DNA from: a phage
Sequence record: OR846282.1
Direction: 5' to 3' (one strand)
DNA length: 1,152 nucleotides
Made by a program: the position numbers and the translations under genes. Positions 1 through 1,152 of the stretch are shown piece after piece; position 1 is the stretch's first letter; each line of letters begins with the position of its first letter. A model generated the notes under the pieces. It did not search any database. It saw only the letters and a program-made list of their open reading frames with translations, and was not told the origin of the DNA.

Positions 1-63
1 CTATTACATAATACTCATTACCGTGTCCCTTAAACTTAATTACTCTGAAGTCTGTAGCTTTCT

Positions 64-258
64 TTACCATAAGCCCTGCTCCTCACCTTCGTTCAGATAG
101 TACTGCTCTGCAATTAAGTCTTCTACCTGCTGGCGAGCACGCTTCGCCGTCTCTGGGGCGTGCTCTGCCAGCTCAAGTAACTTCGCCTCCATACCTGCGA
201 AGTCTTCTTGGAAGTACATTTCAATTACTTCTTCTACTGCTGCGTTGAAAGTTGCCAT
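64..258 (-). CDS. small, strongly acidic hypothetical protein (64 aa), function unknown
   Basis: ATG at 258..256 preceded on the minus strand by GAGGA (268..272) with a 9-nt spacer; TAA stop at 64..66. Same strand as the exonuclease and overlaps its 3' end by 25 nt (234..258). Composition counted from the translation: 15 Asp/Glu versus 4 Lys/Arg, no Cys. No recognisable catalytic motif. Confidence 0.55.
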   Translation of the reverse strand: MATFNAAVEEVIEMYFQEDFAGMEAKLLELAEHAPETAKRARQQVEDLIAEQYYLNEGEEQGLW

Positions 259-1152
259 GCTTTGTATTCCTCATTGTAAGCATGGAGGGACTCGCACCAT
301 TTCTGGAGGTCGCCCTCCAGTAGGGAGTGTATGTATTTGAAAGCTGAGTCGTCGGGGCTGCGTCTAAGAAAGAGGCATTCCATCTCAGCTAGGAAATTCT
401 GGTTAATCTCTGCATAGGCAGCAACTACTTTATTAGCTGCTTCCTTCTCGTTAGTGCAATCCTTGAGGAACTCATAAGCCCCAGCAGGACCAATGTTCTT
501 CCCCCTGTACTTGGTAAGGCCAGCGACGTTATCCGCACCGTCACCCATCAGGCACTGCGCATAGAAGAACGCTAGGCCGTGGCCCACTATCTTACCTCTG
601 GACTTATCGTAATCAATCCAGCCGTAAGCATCGTCTATAGTATCAACCGTGCCTAGCTCAGGGTTCCACTTAGGACCTCGGCACAGGTTCATATCCTTGT
701 CGAAGCTGCTTACTAAGCCACGTTCTCCAAAGACTCTACTGTCAGCAATAATAAGGTCGTCAGCTTCCTGCTGATAGTCGAATACAATCTCTATACCTTG
801 AGCAGAGTATTCATGAGGATTGGCTATGAGATGCGCTTTGAGAGGCGCTTTGAGTGGTATCTCCGTCCGCGTAGCCCGCTGACCTTGGTAGGGCTTAACG
901 GACGGCAGTAGGAAGCGCCCACACTTGAAGTTATCAGATGGAGGACTATAAGCCCGTACAGTCTTAGAGTTAACATAGAACTTATCCTCGAGGACTAATT
1001 GATAGAAGCGCCGGATAGCTGTATCCAAGCGCTTCACTGTACTGGCTGCCTTGTAGACATGCTGGTCACTATCTAGTAGCAGTACAGTATCTGAGGGAGC
1101 AGGTGGCGCTAACTGAGCGCCAAGCTCGTTTAGGTTAATGCCACCAACGTTC
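234..1152 (-). CDS. 5'-3' exonuclease / flap endonuclease (FEN / Pol I 5'-exo family, phage type); 5'-partial, N-terminus runs off the window
   Basis: ORF-track 267-aa product (234..1037) carries the acidic active-site motifs of FEN-type nucleases: EADD at 756..767 (cf. E. coli Pol I 5'-exo EADDVIGTLA), DKD at 693..701 (cf. GDKDMAQL) and GDGADNVAGL with GDGADN at 528..545 (cf. GDSSDNIPGV), plus a YQGQR element resembling YKxxR. My hand translation of the same frame upstream of 1037 has no stop to the window edge (…NVGGITLNELGAQLAPPAPSDTVLLLDSDQHVYKAAST-VKRLD…) and contains LLLDSD at 1065..1082, matching the N-terminal LILVDGSS-type motif. No ATG/GTG/TTG lies in that frame between 1038 and 1151, and the GTG at 1037 has no convincing Shine-Dalgarno. 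Stop codon TAG at 234..236. Confidence 0.85.
   Translation of the reverse strand, partial: NVGGINLNELGAQLAPPAPSDTVLLLDSDQHVYKAASTVKRLDTAIRRFYQLVLEDKFYVNSKTVRAYSPPSDNFKCGRFLLPSVKPYQGQRATRTEIPLKAPLKAHLIANPHEYSAQGIEIVFDYQQEADDLIIADSRVFGERGLVSSFDKDMNLCRGPKWNPELGTVDTIDDAYGWIDYDKSRGKIVGHGLAFFYAQCLMGDGADNVAGLTKYRGKNIGPAGAYEFLKDCTNEKEAANKVVAAYAEINQNFLAEMECLFLRRSPDDSAFKYIHSLLEGDLQKWCESLHAYNEEYKAWQLSTQQ
268..272 (-). promoter_or_regulatory. putative Shine-Dalgarno (GAGGA) for the 64-aa ORF, embedded in the 3' end of the exonuclease gene
   Basis: Minus-strand sequence reads TGAGGAATACAAAGCATG; the purine-rich GAGGA sits 9 nt upstream of the ATG at 258..256. Confidence 0.4.

Noticed and set aside
1-18. 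Minus-strand mini-ORF ATG AGT ATT ATG TAA TAG (Met-Ser-Ile-Met-stop-stop)
   Set aside because: Four codons is too short to call a gene; noted only as part of the intergenic description.
217-219. Internal Met14 as an alternative, non-overlapping start for the small ORF
   Set aside because: It has no purine-rich RBS at a suitable distance, whereas the ATG at 258 has GAGGA 9 nt upstream; it cannot be excluded without experimental start-site mapping.
303-320. The GC-rich hairpin as a rho-independent terminator
   Set aside because: There is no T/U-run following the stem on either strand and it lies inside a coding sequence; it is kept only as a low-interest structural observation.
621-650. T7/SP6-like promoter core: CTATAG palindrome at 635..640, minus-strand context GATACTATAGACGA
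   Set aside because: Only the short initiation-proximal core resembles the T7/SP6 consensus; the upstream specificity region matches poorly (about 5 of 12 against SP6) and the site is inside the exonuclease coding sequence (DTIDDAYGW). Most likely chance.
1035-1037. GTG at 1037 as the exonuclease start codon, as implied by the ORF track
   Set aside because: The frame is open upstream to the window edge, the upstream codons encode a conserved FEN N-terminal motif, and there is no convincing Shine-Dalgarno before this GTG. It is more likely an internal Val codon.
1-1152. Plus-strand coding potential, RNA genes, CRISPR repeats or mobile-element terminal repeats
   Set aside because: The six-frame track shows no plus-strand ORF of meaningful size, and I see no tRNA-like or rRNA-like structure, no repeat-spacer periodicity and no terminal inverted repeats. 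The plus strand is simply the antisense of two genes.

Overview
The window is a compact, single-strand coding region read entirely on the minus strand, most consistent with the DNA-metabolism module of a lytic phage (T7-like organisation is an inference, not a database result). About 80% of it encodes a FEN-family 5'-3' exonuclease / flap endonuclease (stop at 234-236); its reading frame stays open to the window edge at 1152, so the gene is 5'-partial and the GTG at 1037 given in the ORF track is very unlikely to be the true start. Its last 25 nt overlap a 64-aa, strongly acidic ORF (258..64) that has a plausible Shine-Dalgarno; I cannot assign it a family from sequence alone. Positions 1-63 are non-coding in this window and would hold any signals for the next gene downstream on the minus strand. 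No RNA genes, CRISPR arrays, mobile-element ends or plus-strand genes are supported. Nothing here demonstrates a new biological system; the most hypothesis-worthy element is the small acidic protein.
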